A DNA stretch of 64,000 nt from a virus (Duplodnaviria > Caudoviricetes): the IMG/VR virus record IMGVR_UViG_3300045526_000254, positions 1-64,000 of that record; one strand, 5' to 3'. The notes beneath the pieces are model-generated. The model saw nothing but the letters and a program-made list of their open reading frames with translations, did not search any database and was not told the DNA's origin. The position numbers were made by a program, and so were the translations under genes. Of this stretch, positions 40,492 to 48,536 are shown piece after piece (within the stretch, counting starts at the first letter, position 1; each line of letters starts with the position of its first letter).

Positions 40492-41528
40492 CAAAAATTG
40501 CCTGCATAACTGACACGCACTGGTCGGCAAAAAAATCTTCAAGACATCTACATGATTATTTTGAACTCTTTTATAAGAATATATTTTTTCCAAGTTTAAA
40601 AAAGCATGGAATTACTACGGTTATTCATATGGGAGATGCATTTGATAATCGTAAAAGTATAGATTTTTGGGGACTGGAATGGACTAGAAGAGTTGTATTA
40701 GAACCTCTTAGGGAATATGAAACTCATATGATTGTGGGAAATCATGATATTTTCTTTCGCAATTCTACAGAGGTTAATTCCCCAAAACTTTTGCTAAAGG
40801 ACTATCCAAATATTAAAGTTTATAATTCTCCACAAACTGTCAATATTGGAAATTTAGATATTATGATGGTTCCTTGGATATGTGATAATAATTATGATGA
40901 AACTATGAAACACATTCAAAAAACCAAAGCAAGAGTTGCATTTGGTCATTTAGAATTTCAAGGATTTCGAGTTAATCGAAACATGATTATGGAAAATCAT
41001 GGATTGGATTCTAAAATTTTTGATAAATTTGCAAAAGTTTTTTCCGGACATTATCATACTCGTTCTGATAATGGAAAAATCTTTTATCTTGGTAATCCTT
41101 ATGAAATGTATTGGACTGATGTGAATGATACTAGAGGATTCCATATTTTTGATACGGAAACTCTTGATCATACTCCAATTAATAATCCTTATAAATTATT
41201 TCATAACATTTATTATGAAGATACTCCGTATCAATTATTTGATGCCACAGAATATGAAAGTAAAATTGTTAAAGTTATTGTTCGTAAAAAAACAAAACCT
41301 AAACATTTTGAAAAGTTTATTGATAAACTTTATTCGGTGGGAGTTCAAGATCTTAAAATCATAGAAAATTTTAATATTCAAGAAAATGAGAATTTTGAAA
41401 TTGATGAGGATGAAAATACATTGTCAATTTTGAATAGGTATATTGATGAATCAGAATTTGAATATGATAAAACAACTATCAAAGATATCTTTCAAAATAT
41501 CTATAAACAAGCTTGCGAAGTAGAATAA
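40488..41528 (+). CDS. gp47: Recombination endonuclease subunit gp47 (Mre11/SbcD-like)
   Basis: ITDTHW, HMGDAFD, VGNHD, GHLE, SGHYH. Confidence 0.95.
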   Translation: MTKIACITDTHWSAKKSSRHLHDYFELFYKNIFFPSLKKHGITTVIHMGDAFDNRKSIDFWGLEWTRRVVLEPLREYETHMIVGNHDIFFRNSTEVNSPKLLLKDYPNIKVYNSPQTVNIGNLDIMMVPWICDNNYDETMKHIQKTKARVAFGHLEFQGFRVNRNMIMENHGLDSKIFDKFAKVFSGHYHTRSDNGKIFYLGNPYEMYWTDVNDTRGFHIFDTETLDHTPINNPYKLFHNIYYEDTPYQLFDATEYESKIVKVIVRKKTKPKHFEKFIDKLYSVGVQDLKIIENFNIQENENFEIDEDENTLSILNRYIDESEFEYDKTTIKDIFQNIYKQACEVE

Positions 41529-41529
41529 A

Positions 41530-41799
41530 ATGTTTCTTCTTACTCTTAAAGGTAGAAAAGATGATGGGGCATATGCAGTTCAGGATCAATATGGGCATAA
41601 GGTTTTATTTTTATTTGAAGAGGAAGATGATGCCGTTAGATATGCTCTTCAATTAGAAGATCAAGAAGAAACTGAAATGGAAGTTGTTGAAGTTGATGAA
41701 GAACTTGCCATAAAAACATGTAAATTGTACAATTATAAGTATACTGTTATAACTCCTGAAGACATTGTAATTCCACCTAAAAATGTTAGTATTTCATAA
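41530..41799 (+). CDS. Small acidic conserved hypothetical protein
   Basis: GAYAV...LFLFEEEDDAVRYA pattern; usual position between gp47 and gp46. Confidence 0.7.
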   Translation: MFLLTLKGRKDDGAYAVQDQYGHKVLFLFEEEDDAVRYALQLEDQEETEMEVVEVDEELAIKTCKLYNYKYTVITPEDIVIPPKNVSIS

Positions 41800-41869
41800 T
41801 GAAGAGTATCGACAAAAAATGAGTGAAGCAGCAAAAAATAGAAAGAAAAAAAAAGTTGACAACAATTAG
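41783..41869 (+). pseudogene. Probable NUMOD3 remnant of a lost homing endonuclease
   Basis: MLVFHNEEYRQKMSEAAKNRKKKKVDNN; EE.RQKMSEA resembles the SEETKRKISE motif of the HEG at 63517. Confidence 0.4.
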
Positions 41870-41884
41870 TTTTACTGATATGAT
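41856..41884 (+). promoter_or_regulatory. Sigma70-type promoter for gp46
   Basis: TTGACA-N17-TATGAT. Confidence 0.75.
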
Positions 41885-41907
41885 GTCCTTATTAAATTTT
41901 GATTCTT

Positions 41908-43623
41908 GTGATTACATTTAAGAAAATCCGTTATAAGAATTTTTTAAGTTCTGGCAATCAATTTACAGAAATTGATTTTTTTTCTAATAAAACAAATTTA
42001 ATTATTGGGACTAATGGTGCTGGAAAATCGACACTTTTAGATGCCCTAACTTTTGCTCTATTCAACAAGGCATTTAGGAAAATTAATAAAAATCAACTTA
42101 TTAATGCAACTAATGAAAAAGATTGCGTGGTGGAAATCGAGTTTTCCATCAACAGTAGAGAGTATCTTGTTCGTCGTGGAATTAAACCGAATATATTCGA
42201 CATCGAAGTTAATGGTTCTCCGTTACATAAAGAGGCGGATGATCGTGCCAATCAAAGGATCCTTGAGGAAAATATTCTCAAGGTAAATTATAAGTCTTTT
42301 ACTCAAATCGTAATCCTTGGCAGTAGCACGTTTGTTCCTTTTATGCAACTCACAACTGCAAATCGTCGTGAAGTGATTGAGGATCTTCTGGATATTCGCA
42401 TCTTCTCTGCGATGAATAATCTCATCAAGGATCGCATTCGCACTCAGAAGGAGCAGATCAAATCTCTTGAGTTGCGTAAAGAGAATATCAAAGATAAAAT
42501 GAAGATGCAGCAAAACTTCATCGAAGAACTGGAGAACCGTGGAAATGCCAATATCAAAACCAATAAACGGAAAATTTCCGATTTAGATAAGGAAATTGAA
42601 CTTTATATGACTGAGAATGCAAAGACAGAGGAACAGGTCTTTGCCTACACTAAAGATCAGGAAGAGGTTGTTGGTGCTGATGACAAGTTAGTAAAACTCA
42701 ACAATCTGAAGGGTAAATTATCTCAGAAAGTATCAGTCATTACCAAAGAGCATAAGTTCTTTAATGAAAATACGGTTTGTCCCACTTGCACTCAGACTAT
42801 TGAAGAAGAGTTTCGGTTAAATAGAATAGCAGACGCTCAAAATAAAGCAAAGGAACTCCAGAAAGGTTTTCAGGAACTTGAGGAGACTATAAAGTTAGAA
42901 CAAGAACGAGAGCGTCAATTTCTAGTTCTATCCAAGGAGATTACGAAACTCAACCATGAGATTTCTCAAAACAATACTCGGATTTCCCTCAACCAGAGAC
43001 AAATACGAGAACTTGAACACGAAATTCAAACTATTACCGAACAACTTGAAAATCGAAATACTGAACATGAGAAGTTAGAAGAATTTAAAGAAAATCTCCA
43101 AAAAACATTAGAAGACCTTTCAAAGAAAAAAGAAGAAATCGTTTATTACGATTTTGCCTATTCCTTACTCAAGGATGATGGCGTAAAAACAAAGATTATT
43201 AAGAAGTATCTTCCGTTCATAAATCAGCAGGTCAATCGTTATCTTCAGATGATGGATTTCTATATTAATTTTGAATTGGATTCTGAATTTAATGAAAGAG
43301 TTAAATCTCCTATTCACGAAGACTTCTCATATTCTTCCTTTTCTGAAGGTGAGAAGGCACGTATAGACCTTGCTTTGCTTTTTTCCTGGCGTGAAGTAGC
43401 AAGAGTCAAAAACTCCGTAAATTGTAATATCCTCATATTTGATGAAGTTTTTGATGGGTCACTTGATGGATTTGGTGCAGATGAATTCTTGAAAATTATT
43501 AGATATGTCGTTAAAGATACTAATGTATTTGTAATTTCTCATAAATCGGATCTTCAAGATAAATTTGATCGCACAATTAAATTTGAAAAGAAAAGTGGAT
43601 TTTCATATAAGACCGAGGCATAG
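41908..43623 (+). CDS. gp46: Recombination ATPase subunit gp46 (Rad50/SbcC-like)
   Basis: YKNFLSSGN, GTNGAGKST, CPTC zinc hook, FSEGEK signature, FDEVFDG, ISHK. Start likely GTG 41908 (TTG 41899 possible). Confidence 0.95.
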   Translation: MITFKKIRYKNFLSSGNQFTEIDFFSNKTNLIIGTNGAGKSTLLDALTFALFNKAFRKINKNQLINATNEKDCVVEIEFSINSREYLVRRGIKPNIFDIEVNGSPLHKEADDRANQRILEENILKVNYKSFTQIVILGSSTFVPFMQLTTANRREVIEDLLDIRIFSAMNNLIKDRIRTQKEQIKSLELRKENIKDKMKMQQNFIEELENRGNANIKTNKRKISDLDKEIELYMTENAKTEEQVFAYTKDQEEVVGADDKLVKLNNLKGKLSQKVSVITKEHKFFNENTVCPTCTQTIEEEFRLNRIADAQNKAKELQKGFQELEETIKLEQERERQFLVLSKEITKLNHEISQNNTRISLNQRQIRELEHEIQTITEQLENRNTEHEKLEEFKENLQKTLEDLSKKKEEIVYYDFAYSLLKDDGVKTKIIKKYLPFINQQVNRYLQMMDFYINFELDSEFNERVKSPIHEDFSYSSFSEGEKARIDLALLFSWREVARVKNSVNCNILIFDEVFDGSLDGFGADEFLKIIRYVVKDTNVFVISHKSDLQDKFDRTIKFEKKSGFSYKTEA

Positions 43624-43675
43624 GACACTTTCTAAACCGGACCCCCTTGACTTCTGTCAACATAGATAGTAGTGT
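43622..43675 (+). promoter_or_regulatory. 9-4-9 palindromic motif plus sigma70 promoter
   Basis: AGGACACTT-TCTA-AACCGGACC, then TTGACT-N17-TAGTGT; the -35 lies within the inverted repeat TTGAC-TTCT-GTCAA. Confidence 0.6.
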
Positions 43676-43696
43676 GTCCTCACAAGCACAAGACTA

Positions 43697-43837
43697 ATGC
43701 AAGTACCAAATCGCTATCACCATTCTAAGAAAGAGCAGAAGCGGAAACTCAAACCGCAAGCACTCCGACAAGCAAAGGCACGTCGCCAAGCACTCAAGAA
43801 GCGTCTCCGTGCTGGAGACGCTTTTTTTCATAAATAA
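43697..43837 (+). CDS. 46-aa very basic hypothetical protein (absent from ORF track)
   Basis: MQVPNRYHHSKKEQKRKLKPQALRQAKARRQALKKRLRAGDAFFHK, just downstream of the promoter. Confidence 0.6.
   Translation: MQVPNRYHHSKKEQKRKLKPQALRQAKARRQALKKRLRAGDAFFHK
43799..43828 (+). terminator. Rho-independent terminator
   Basis: AAGCGTCTCC-GTGCT-GGAGACGCTT plus T run. Confidence 0.8.
43830..43836 (+). promoter_or_regulatory. Late promoter ATAAATA
   Basis: Directly after the terminator, 20 nt upstream of the 43856 ORF. Confidence 0.65.
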
Positions 43838-43855
43838 CTAAAAACTTTTATTCTA

Positions 43856-44602
43856 ATGAGAGATCAAGAATTTACAGACCTGCAAGAAGCTTATGCTAGA
43901 ATATGGGAATATCAAGGTGAGTTAGTTTCGGAGGAAAGACCCGCAAGAAGAAAACCATCAGAAAGTTATGACAAAGTGAAAAAAGAAATTGATGCAAAAA
44001 ATAAAACTGAACGTGGTATTACTGGTGGTAGGGTACCTAAACCACTTACTGCTAAACAACAACATGAACTTGAAAAGAGAAGAAGAAAAGAAGAGCAAAA
44101 AAGAAAAGGAGAAGTGCCGGGTGGAGATTTTACACAATATAGAATGACCGGAAGTAGAGGACATGGTTCTGAATATTCAGTCAATTCTGGTAACCCTAGA
44201 ATTTCTTATAGACATAATGAAGAATATTTAATTGATTATCTTTTGGGTGAAGGTTTTGCCTTTAATGAAAAATCAGCACAGGCAATCTACAGTGCAATGA
44301 GTGAAGAATGGAAGCAGAGTATTGCTGAAGAAATTGGAATTGTTGGTCCGCCAAAAAAGGGAATTGATAAAATTCCAGGAGTTCGTGGGTTGAGAATTGC
44401 TGCATCAAACGCTGTTAAAGCATCCGATTATCCTGCAGGGCAAAATGTTCCTATGGCAGGTAAGCATGTAATTCCAACAGAACGTTCTACCCCAGCAGTT
44501 GCTAAAAGTAGACCATATACTAGATCTGAAATAAATCAAGGTGCTCTATCTGGAGTAACTGGTAATAGAGCAGTTGGATTTAAAGATATTAGTGGAGATT
44601 GA
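43856..44602 (+). CDS. Late hypothetical protein, EG(Y/F)A...MSEEW family member 1
   Basis: 248 aa; YLLGEGFAFNEKSAQAIYSAMSEEWKQSIAEE motif is shared with the 46870 and 47231 ORFs. Confidence 0.75.
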   Translation: MRDQEFTDLQEAYARIWEYQGELVSEERPARRKPSESYDKVKKEIDAKNKTERGITGGRVPKPLTAKQQHELEKRRRKEEQKRKGEVPGGDFTQYRMTGSRGHGSEYSVNSGNPRISYRHNEEYLIDYLLGEGFAFNEKSAQAIYSAMSEEWKQSIAEEIGIVGPPKKGIDKIPGVRGLRIAASNAVKASDYPAGQNVPMAGKHVIPTERSTPAVAKSRPYTRSEINQGALSGVTGNRAVGFKDISGD

Positions 44603-44660
44603 GGGACACTTCCAAAACTGGCACACTAGAGGGTTTCACCACCCTCTTTTTTTGTATGAT
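44603..44660 (+). promoter_or_regulatory. 9-4-9 palindrome, hairpin/T-run and extended -10
   Basis: GGGACACTT-CCAA-AACTGGCAC; AGAGGGT/ACCCTCT stem plus T run (44628-44653); TG-TATGAT at 44653-44660. Confidence 0.6.
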
Positions 44661-44681
44661 ACTCTCATACGCAATAAACCA

Positions 44682-46832
44682 ATGTCCGTCAATCACGAAA
44701 TCAAATCTCAACTCGCCAAACTCCTTGCCACCGAAGATCTTGTGGTTGAGCACAAGAAAGTAGACACTGCTCAGTTCAATGTTCACACCCGCGTGCTTAC
44801 TCTTCCCATGTGGGAGAAGGCAAGCAACACTGTTTATGATCTTCTGGTTGGACATGAAGTAGGTCATGCACTTTATACACCTGACGTGGATTGGTTGAAG
44901 GATCGTAAGATTCCTCCACAGTTTGTCAATGTTGTGGAGGATGCCCGTATTGAGAAACTGATGAAGCGGCGTTATGCTGGTCTTGCCAAGACCTTCTATG
45001 CTGGTTATAAGGAATTGTCTGATCAGGATTTCTTCTCTCTAGAAGATGATGATCTGAGTACCTATAATCTTGCCGATCGTGCAAATCTGTGGTTCAAGAT
45101 TGGCAATTTCATCAACGTTCCGATTTTGAATGGTGAGGAAACTGAAATCATCAATATGATTGCCGATAGTCAAACTTTTGATGATGTTCTGGATGCTGCT
45201 GAAGCACTTTATAAGTACTGCAAGCAATCCAAAAAACAAAAAAATATTAATGATCTTCAGGGTGATCAACCTCAGGATTATAATCCTAACCCTAACAACT
45301 CTGCCTCTGATTTTTCTGATCAGGAAGAGGGCGAGAATAATGTAGATGAGTCTAATGAATCTTTTGAAGATTCTGATGTAGATGAGTCTAATGAATCTTT
45401 TGAAGATTCTGATGTAGATGAGTCTAATGAATCTTTTGAAGATTCTGATGAGGGTGGTGGAGAAGAGAATGAACCTCAAGTGACGACAATGGATTCTCTT
45501 GAAGATTCTATTAAGAATCTTGTAGGGAATTCCAGTTATGATAATATCTATATTGAGATTCCCAAACTGGATCTTGATAAAATTATCATACCTAACTCTG
45601 AAATTCATTCAAATTGTAAGAAAGAATGGATTAATGTTCCAATTGACGACTTTGAATTTGTTGATAGGAAGTATTCAGAATTCAAGCATTCTGCACAAAA
45701 GGAAGTTAATTATCTGGTAAAAGAGTTTGAATGTCGCAAGGCAGCAGATTCTTATGCTCGTGCATCAGTTTCTAAGACTGGTGTTCTTGATTGCTCCAAA
45801 CTTCATTCCTACAAATATACTGAGGATATCTTCAAGAAAGTAACCACACTTGCCGATGGTAAAAATCACGGGCTTGTGTTTATTCTTGATTGGTCTGGTT
45901 CTATGAGTGATGTGATGCTGGATACGGTTAAGCAACTCTTTAATCTGATTTGGTTTTGTAAAAAGGTTTCTATTCCTTTTGAGGTTTATGCTTTTACAAA
46001 TGACTACCCTCTTGTAAAGTATGATCAGGATGGTAAGGCAAAACTTCGTATGAGTTCCTATGAGAAGAAAAATGGAGTTTTTCATATCGCGGAATGGTTT
46101 TCTCTGATGAACATTCTCACCAGTAAGGTGAATGGTAGTACGCTCGAAGTTCAAATGAAGAACATCTTTCGTATTGCCCATTCCTTTAATCACTATCCTT
46201 CATTCAATATTCCCACTGGTATGAGTCTTTCTGGCACTCCTTTGAATGAGAGTCTGATTGCTCTTCATCAAATTCTTCCTAAGTTTCAGAAAGAAAACAA
46301 ACTACAGAAAGTTCAATGTGTTATTTTGACTGACGGTGAAGGATATCATCTTAAGTATCATTGTGAAGTAAATCGTAGTTGGGAAAGGGATTCCTTCATT
46401 GGAGTGAATAGTATTCCTTACAATGCTTATTTGAGAGATCGTAAAACCGGAAATACTTATGTACTTAATGGTTTTGATCCAACTACTACTCTTCTTCGAA
46501 ATCTTAGAGATAACTTTGTCGATATTAACTTCATCGGCATTCGTATTCTTGGTAAAAATGTTTGTAATTTTATTCGCCGTTATACTCTTACTGATAATTC
46601 AGAATATCTTAAGGCGATGAATTCTTGGAAAAAAGAAAAGGCATTTTCTATTAGAAATTCTGGATATCATATTTACTTTGGACTTTCTTCAAGTGCCATG
46701 GATCAGTCTTCTGAGTTTTCAGTATGTGAAAATGCAACTAAATCTCAAATTAAAAATTCTTTTATTAAAAGATTGAAGAGTAAAAAAATGAACAAGCGTA
46801 TCTTGAATGAGTTTATTGGTCTTGTGGTTTAA
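44682..46832 (+). CDS. CobT-like protein: N-terminal HExxH metallopeptidase-like domain, acidic linker and vWA (MIDAS) domain
   Basis: HEVGH...NVVEDARIE, LDWSGSM, LSGTPLN, LTDGEG; start reassigned to ATG 44682 (MSVNHEIKSQLAKLLATE). Confidence 0.8.
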   Translation: MSVNHEIKSQLAKLLATEDLVVEHKKVDTAQFNVHTRVLTLPMWEKASNTVYDLLVGHEVGHALYTPDVDWLKDRKIPPQFVNVVEDARIEKLMKRRYAGLAKTFYAGYKELSDQDFFSLEDDDLSTYNLADRANLWFKIGNFINVPILNGEETEIINMIADSQTFDDVLDAAEALYKYCKQSKKQKNINDLQGDQPQDYNPNPNNSASDFSDQEEGENNVDESNESFEDSDVDESNESFEDSDVDESNESFEDSDEGGGEENEPQVTTMDSLEDSIKNLVGNSSYDNIYIEIPKLDLDKIIIPNSEIHSNCKKEWINVPIDDFEFVDRKYSEFKHSAQKEVNYLVKEFECRKAADSYARASVSKTGVLDCSKLHSYKYTEDIFKKVTTLADGKNHGLVFILDWSGSMSDVMLDTVKQLFNLIWFCKKVSIPFEVYAFTNDYPLVKYDQDGKAKLRMSSYEKKNGVFHIAEWFSLMNILTSKVNGSTLEVQMKNIFRIAHSFNHYPSFNIPTGMSLSGTPLNESLIALHQILPKFQKENKLQKVQCVILTDGEGYHLKYHCEVNRSWERDSFIGVNSIPYNAYLRDRKTGNTYVLNGFDPTTTLLRNLRDNFVDINFIGIRILGKNVCNFIRRYTLTDNSEYLKAMNSWKKEKAFSIRNSGYHIYFGLSSSAMDQSSEFSVCENATKSQIKNSFIKRLKSKKMNKRILNEFIGLVV
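45340..45450 (+). repeat. Three perfect tandem 36-bp repeats within the acidic linker
   Basis: ATGTAGATGAGTCTAATGAATCTTTTGAAGATTCTG at 45340, 45376 and 45412; encodes (D/N)VDESNESFEDS x3. Confidence 0.95.
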
Positions 46833-46842
46833 ATTATCTTTA

Positions 46843-46849
46843 ATAAATA
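46843..46849 (+). promoter_or_regulatory. Late promoter ATAAATA
   Basis: Lies 21 nt upstream of ATG 46870. Confidence 0.65.
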
Positions 46850-46869
46850 GTAAAAAACCAAAAATAGAT

Positions 46870-47178
46870 ATGAAATATCAACTTAAAGAATCTGATGTCA
46901 GTGACATTATTGTATCATATCTTGTAAAAGAAGGTTATGCTAATAATGAAAAAAATGCTGTTGCTATTTTTTGTGCTATGAGTGAGAAATGGAAAAAATC
47001 TATTATGGAAGAGTCTAGACCATTCCCAATAGATAAAGTGTCGGGTAAGGTTGAAAAGTTACATGCAGAATTTAAAAAAAGTATAGGGGATGGAGATCTT
47101 ATTGGAGCTAGTAGAATAGCGGGAAGAGTTGGTGCAATTCGGACAGCAGCTTGGGGAGGAGTGAGACCAGCTAATTGA
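46870..47178 (+). CDS. Late hypothetical protein, EGYA...MSEKW family member 2
   Basis: MKYQLKESDVSDIIVSYLVKEGYANNEKNAVAIFCAMSEKWKKSIMEE...; start reassigned from 46807. Confidence 0.7.
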   Translation: MKYQLKESDVSDIIVSYLVKEGYANNEKNAVAIFCAMSEKWKKSIMEESRPFPIDKVSGKVEKLHAEFKKSIGDGDLIGASRIAGRVGAIRTAAWGGVRPAN

Positions 47179-47230
47179 AGTTAATTTTAAATTAAATAAA
47201 TAATACTTAGAAAAGTACATAAAAACTTAT

Positions 47231-48292
47231 ATGAATTCCCATCAAATTCAAGATATTCGTCTCATGTACGAGGCGGTTTATAATGATGAACTTAGAGAGA
47301 AGGCAGAAGAATATAATAATCAAGTGACTGAGGAAGACATTGTTGAAGTGGCGACTGAGTATTTTTATACTTATGGTTTAAATTCTGATGGTATCGACAT
47401 CTTAATTGAAAAGGTTGGATTGGATAACTTTGTAGAATTTGTTTATAGTCTTTCCGAAGATCTTATGGTTCTTAATGAGGCAAGATCTGGTAAATCAAGA
47501 ATTGAACCAGTTACTAAAGGTGGGAAATCAGTTGGATCATTGAAAGGTGGTCAAAAAACTTCTGCAATCAAGCGTCTTCGTAAAGAAAAGGAAGCAAGAA
47601 AGGAATCGGAAGCATCTGCATCTGCAGCAAAACCATCTGGATTAACTGCCGCTCTTAAGAGTCAATCAGTAATTGCAACAAAAGAAAAATCCAAAAAAGC
47701 AGCACAAGAAAGAAAAGAGACTGAAAGAAAAGAACCAGAATCTAAAGGAGCAGATACTGAGGCAAAAACTGAGCAACCCAAATCAAAAAAACCAATTAGA
47801 GACGCAATTGCAAGAAAAATTCTTGCCGGAATGGAGCGTCACCGTAAAGCAACTCAAACTGCTGGAAATCTTGCTAGAGAAACTAAACAGACTTTGGGTA
47901 AAATTGTTTCAGTAACTCATGAAGCAGGTCGTCGTGCAGGTGAGCATGTTAAAAAGCATGGTTGGAAATCACTTGCTAATGAAGAGTTTGAATATTGGGT
48001 AAATTCTCTTGTTGAAGAGGGTTATGATCTGAGTGAATATACTTGGGATGATATGTATGAAATTTACTTGGATGAAGAAGTGAAAAGAACTTCTAAAACG
48101 TATGATAGCTTTGACATTGTTTTAGAACACTTAGTATCTGAGGGTTATGCAGATACCAATGAAGATGCTATTACAATTATGGCAAACATGAGTGAGGAAT
48201 GGAGAGAAGAGATTCTTGATGAAGCAACTCGTCTTTTTTATAAGTTGCAAAAAGAGGAAAAGGTGGTTCTCGAACTGCACGAGCACAGTTGA
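47231..48292 (+). CDS. Late hypothetical protein, EGYA...MSEEW family member 3; probably extends to 48441 across a 1-nt frameshift
   Basis: ATAAATA at 47196-47202; acidic-basic-acidic architecture; HLVSEGYADTNEDAITIMANMSEEWREEILDE. Confidence 0.75.
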   Translation: MNSHQIQDIRLMYEAVYNDELREKAEEYNNQVTEEDIVEVATEYFYTYGLNSDGIDILIEKVGLDNFVEFVYSLSEDLMVLNEARSGKSRIEPVTKGGKSVGSLKGGQKTSAIKRLRKEKEARKESEASASAAKPSGLTAALKSQSVIATKEKSKKAAQERKETERKEPESKGADTEAKTEQPKSKKPIRDAIARKILAGMERHRKATQTAGNLARETKQTLGKIVSVTHEAGRRAGEHVKKHGWKSLANEEFEYWVNSLVEEGYDLSEYTWDDMYEIYLDEEVKRTSKTYDSFDIVLEHLVSEGYADTNEDAITIMANMSEEWREEILDEATRLFYKLQKEEKVVLELHEHS

Positions 48293-48443
48293 CATCTGAT
48301 GCTGATCTGCAAAGACAAAAAAATAAAGAAATAATGCAGCAACAAACAAGACAAAGACAAGAAAGAGAACCAGAACCACAAGAAAATGAAAGAGATCATG
48401 GATCAATGAGTGCTGCTGAAAGAAATCGATCAATGCGTTGATA

Positions 48444-48502
48444 GTGCCAATTTCAAAACTGTCACAGGGGGCACTAACTGCCCCCTTTTTTGTGTGTATA
48501 AT
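48444..48502 (+). promoter_or_regulatory. 9-4-9 palindrome, hairpin/T-run and extended -10
   Basis: GTGCCAATT-TCAA-AACTGTCAC; AGGGGGCA/TGCCCCCT stem plus T run (48466-48491); TG-TATAAT at 48495-48502. Confidence 0.65.
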
Positions 48503-48536
48503 ATGAGAGTTCAAATGAAACGACCCTAATTACATC

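Noticed and set aside
45340-45450. 36-bp repeats as a CRISPR array
   Set aside because: The repeats are directly adjacent with no spacers, are in frame within a CDS, and no cas genes are present.
48240-48256. Programmed -1 frameshift at the end of the 47231 ORF
   Set aside because: There is no X-XXY-YYZ slippery heptamer in the right phase and no clear stimulatory structure; a single-base deletion is simpler.
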